A DNA stretch of 59,056 nt, the filler included. It is 6 parts of 6 records of this genome, joined end to end, with 100 filler letters (N's around TTAATTAATTAA, not from the genome) between each part and the next. Parts side by side here need not be neighbours in the genome. Positions count along the whole stretch, not along the records: positions 53,587 to 59,056 come from SRR31156797_12167; 5 more parts are not named here. One strand, given 5' to 3'. Under the pieces are notes generated by a model. That model searched no databases. It saw only the letters and a program-made list of their open reading frames with translations, and was not told the DNA's origin. Each line of letters opens with the position of its first letter. Position 1 is the stretch's first letter. The position numbers were made by a program, and so were the translations under genes. Below are positions 56,710 to 59,056 of this stretch, piece by piece.

Positions 56710-57671
56710 TAAGAGTTTATATATTTTTTCACAAATTCTAAACTACCCTCTTCTATCTTTATATCTAATTTCATAAGATAAAGATCTTTTAGCTCAAACT
56801 GCTTTAACTTTACGTAGTCTTTTTCAGTAGTCACTATAAAATAGTTTGGGTGTTTTTTATAAAGTTCATCAATATCTTCTTGTGAGAACATATGGTGATC
56901 TTCATAGATAATTGTAGGGATATTGTTTGGTAAATATTCTAATAATCTATTTGCCTTTGAGATAGCAGTGAAAAGAACACAATTCTTAGGTAAAGTTTCT
57001 ACTTTTTCTTCCCCAAGATAAAAACTCACTTCTCTTTTAAAATCCTTCTCCTCTTTTAAAACAGTATTTGCAAAAGAGTACATCATTTTTGTATCCCTAT
57101 ATCCACCACTTGGAAGACAAAAAATATTTGTAGGTTCATCTTTTGGACGAAGTAAGATATCAAATTTTTTGATCTCATGATGTCGATATCCATCATCTAA
57201 AAAAACAAGTTCTGCTCCAAGCTCTTTTGCTTTAAGTATACCCTCTGTTCTATTTTCTGACACGATTATAATCGACTCAGGTAAAGAGTTTGCCAAAAGC
57301 TGTGCCTCATCACCACTCATTAAGATATCTTTTTCTAAAAGAGTTTTCCCATCACTTATAACATATAAACCTTTCGATTCTCTTCCATATCCACGAAGCA
57401 CCACTGCAGAATTTTTATATCTTTTAGCTAACTCTATTATAACAGGAGTTTTACCAGTTCCTCCAATAAGAAGGTTACCTATACTAATAACTGGTAAGCC
57501 AAACTCAATCGCTTTTTTTGAGATTCTTCCATAGGCTGTAATTACACAGTAGATAATGGTAAAGGGTAAAAATAAAAGACCAATAAGCCTTTGAAAAGGG
57601 GTAGGAAAGAACAAATATTGTTCTACCCATTTTATAAAAAATTGTTTTAGCAAGTTGTTATATCCACTCAC
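56694..57671 (-). CDS. lpxK: Tetraacyldisaccharide 4'-kinase
   Basis: SIGNLLIGGTGKTP, LRGYG, GDEA, LDDGY, DHH, TTEKD. Confidence 0.93.
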   Translation of the reverse strand: MSGYNNLLKQFFIKWVEQYLFFPTPFQRLIGLLFLPFTIIYCVITAYGRISKKAIEFGLPVISIGNLLIGGTGKTPVIIELAKRYKNSAVVLRGYGRESKGLYVISDGKTLLEKDILMSGDEAQLLANSLPESIIIVSENRTEGILKAKELGAELVFLDDGYRHHEIKKFDILLRPKDEPTNIFCLPSGGYRDTKMMYSFANTVLKEEKDFKREVSFYLGEEKVETLPKNCVLFTAISKANRLLEYLPNNIPTIIYEDHHMFSQEDIDELYKKHPNYFIVTTEKDYVKLKQFELKDLYLMKLDIKIEEGSLEFVKKYINSYQAQI

Positions 57672-58818
57672 TTGCTACTGATTTTATTGTATCACATACA
57701 TAATTTACATCCTCATCGCTCATCGCTGGATAGATTGGAAGCGATAATATTTGCCCATAAGTACTAAGAGCATTTCCATATGCTGTGATCTTTAATTTAT
57801 ACTTCTTTTTATAATATGTTAAAAGATGTAAAGGGATATAGTGAAGTCCTGTTAAAACTCCTCGCTCTTTTAATACCCTAGCAAAACCATCTCTATTTTT
57901 ACTCACTTTTACAATATATTGTGAATAGATATGTTCAGGATCAAATGGTGGAAGTGTTACATGCTTTAAGCCTGCAAGTTTTTCATTATAGATCTCTGCA
58001 ATCTCTTGACGTCTTTCACAAAAAGAGTTTGTCTTAAAAAATTGTGCAAGATTAAAAGCAGCTTCGATCTCTGTCATATCGTATTTATATCCAATATCTA
58101 CCACATCATAGATATAATCTAAGTTCCCATATTCATCAAAAGTACTGTTAATCGCATGGGTTCTAAGAAGTCTTGCTCTATTTGCAAACTCTTCATTTGC
58201 TGTTACAATAAACCCACCTCTACTGATCGCAGTTTTTGAATTTGAATAGTTAGTAGAGAAAATAGTCATATCAGCTCCAGTTGAGCCTACCATCTCATCT
58301 TTGTACATAGCACCTAAAGCACTAATCGCATCTTCAATGATCACAAGATCATATTTTTTCCCTATTGCATAGATACGCTCAAGATCAGGTACTCCACCTG
58401 CTACAAAAGTGATCATTAAAGCTCTTAGTTTTTTACTATTGTTGTTCTCTAAATACTCTTCAAGTTTATCAAGATCCATATTAAACCCATTTGATTCAAT
58501 ATCAATAAAAATAGGCTCTGCATCAAAATGTCTCACTGTCTCAGGAAGATTTACAAACGAATTTACACTCATTAAAACTTTATCTGCTCGCTTTAGATCC
58601 ATAGCGCTTAGAGCAAGATGGAGTGCTGAAGTTGCATTATTTGTTGCAATCACATTTTCTACCCCTATAAATGCTTTTATTTCATCTTCAAGTTCTTCAA
58701 CTTTACTAAATGACTTAATTTGCTGATCTAAAACCTGTTTTACTTGTTCTCTTTCCTCTTCATCAATAGTTGATCTAAAAAAAGGGACTGTTCTTTCGTT
58801 TTTTACATCTTTAATCAT
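57658..58818 (-). CDS. DegT/DnrJ/EryC1/StrS family PLP-dependent aminotransferase
   Basis: NATSALHLAL, IIEDA, GYKYDMTEIEAA, LSLPIYP. Confidence 0.88.
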   Translation of the reverse strand: MIKDVKNERTVPFFRSTIDEEEREQVKQVLDQQIKSFSKVEELEDEIKAFIGVENVIATNNATSALHLALSAMDLKRADKVLMSVNSFVNLPETVRHFDAEPIFIDIESNGFNMDLDKLEEYLENNNSKKLRALMITFVAGGVPDLERIYAIGKKYDLVIIEDAISALGAMYKDEMVGSTGADMTIFSTNYSNSKTAISRGGFIVTANEEFANRARLLRTHAINSTFDEYGNLDYIYDVVDIGYKYDMTEIEAAFNLAQFFKTNSFCERRQEIAEIYNEKLAGLKHVTLPPFDPEHIYSQYIVKVSKNRDGFARVLKERGVLTGLHYIPLHLLTYYKKKYKLKITAYGNALSTYGQILSLPIYPAMSDEDVNYVCDTIKSVASEWI

Positions 58819-58848
58819 TCTGAACCTTTATATATATTTATTATTTTG

Positions 58849-59056
58849 TTATTGAAAATCAATTGTAGCGATGGTTGGAAGTTTCCCTTTAAAAGCGTTT
58901 GCTACCATTCTTGATTCTAAAAGATGGATCAAGTTTTCATCTACGCCATTAAGTACAAGATCCTCTTTACTTACCCCTTTATCTACAAACTCTTTTAAAA
59001 CATCATCCATAGTTTTATATGAGTATCCAAGCTCCTCTTCATCACTTTGACCTTCC
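58849..59056 (-). CDS. nadE: NAD+ synthetase C-terminus (5' part outside the window)
   Basis: EGQSDEEELGYSY...NAFKGKLPTIA; nadE-degT-lpxK order typical of Campylobacterota. Confidence 0.8.
   Translation of the reverse strand, partial: EGQSDEEELGYSYKTMDDVLKEFVDKGVSKEDLVLNGVDENLIHLLESRMVANAFKGKLPTIATIDFQ

Overview
The window is not one genome. It is six unrelated contigs joined by five artificial 100-bp spacers (N-run/TTAATTAATTAA/N-run). (1) 1-10723, probably Desulfobacterota: sensor proteins plus a TetR-controlled fatty-acyl-CoA locus with an unusual Old-Yellow-Enzyme/Fe-S/USP fusion. (2) 10824-19524, a low-GC anaerobe: a corrinoid methyltransferase cluster (two MtaA/UroD-family proteins, a corrinoid protein, two CobW GTPases, a MetH-activation-like protein), an ArsC-family gene, a serine hydrolase and a decayed RAYT transposase with REPs. 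(3) 19625-28907, Bacteroidota: ABC permeases, a membrane AraC with a T9SS beta-helix protein, pyrD, DUF5606 and purB. (4) 29008-47508, Bacteroidota (Marinifilum-like): an M16 peptidase and an eight-gene co-oriented cluster (Xaa-Pro aminopeptidase, OCD-family reductase, DPP-IV, Cys/Thr proline-racemase-family dehydratase, S28/S37 and C69 peptidases, GH2, GH63/YgjK). I interpret this cluster as a candidate glycosylated-collagen utilisation locus, the most novel inference here. (5) 47609-53486: an ATPase plus adenosine-deaminase pair matching the known RADAR anti-phage system, next to a probable IS481-family end. (6) 53587-59056, Campylobacterota: NIT-domain chemoreceptor, stand-alone PAS protein, CBS protein, lpxK, DegT aminotransferase and nadE. 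No rRNA, tRNA or CRISPR array was seen. All assignments come from motif recognition by eye; no database searches were run.
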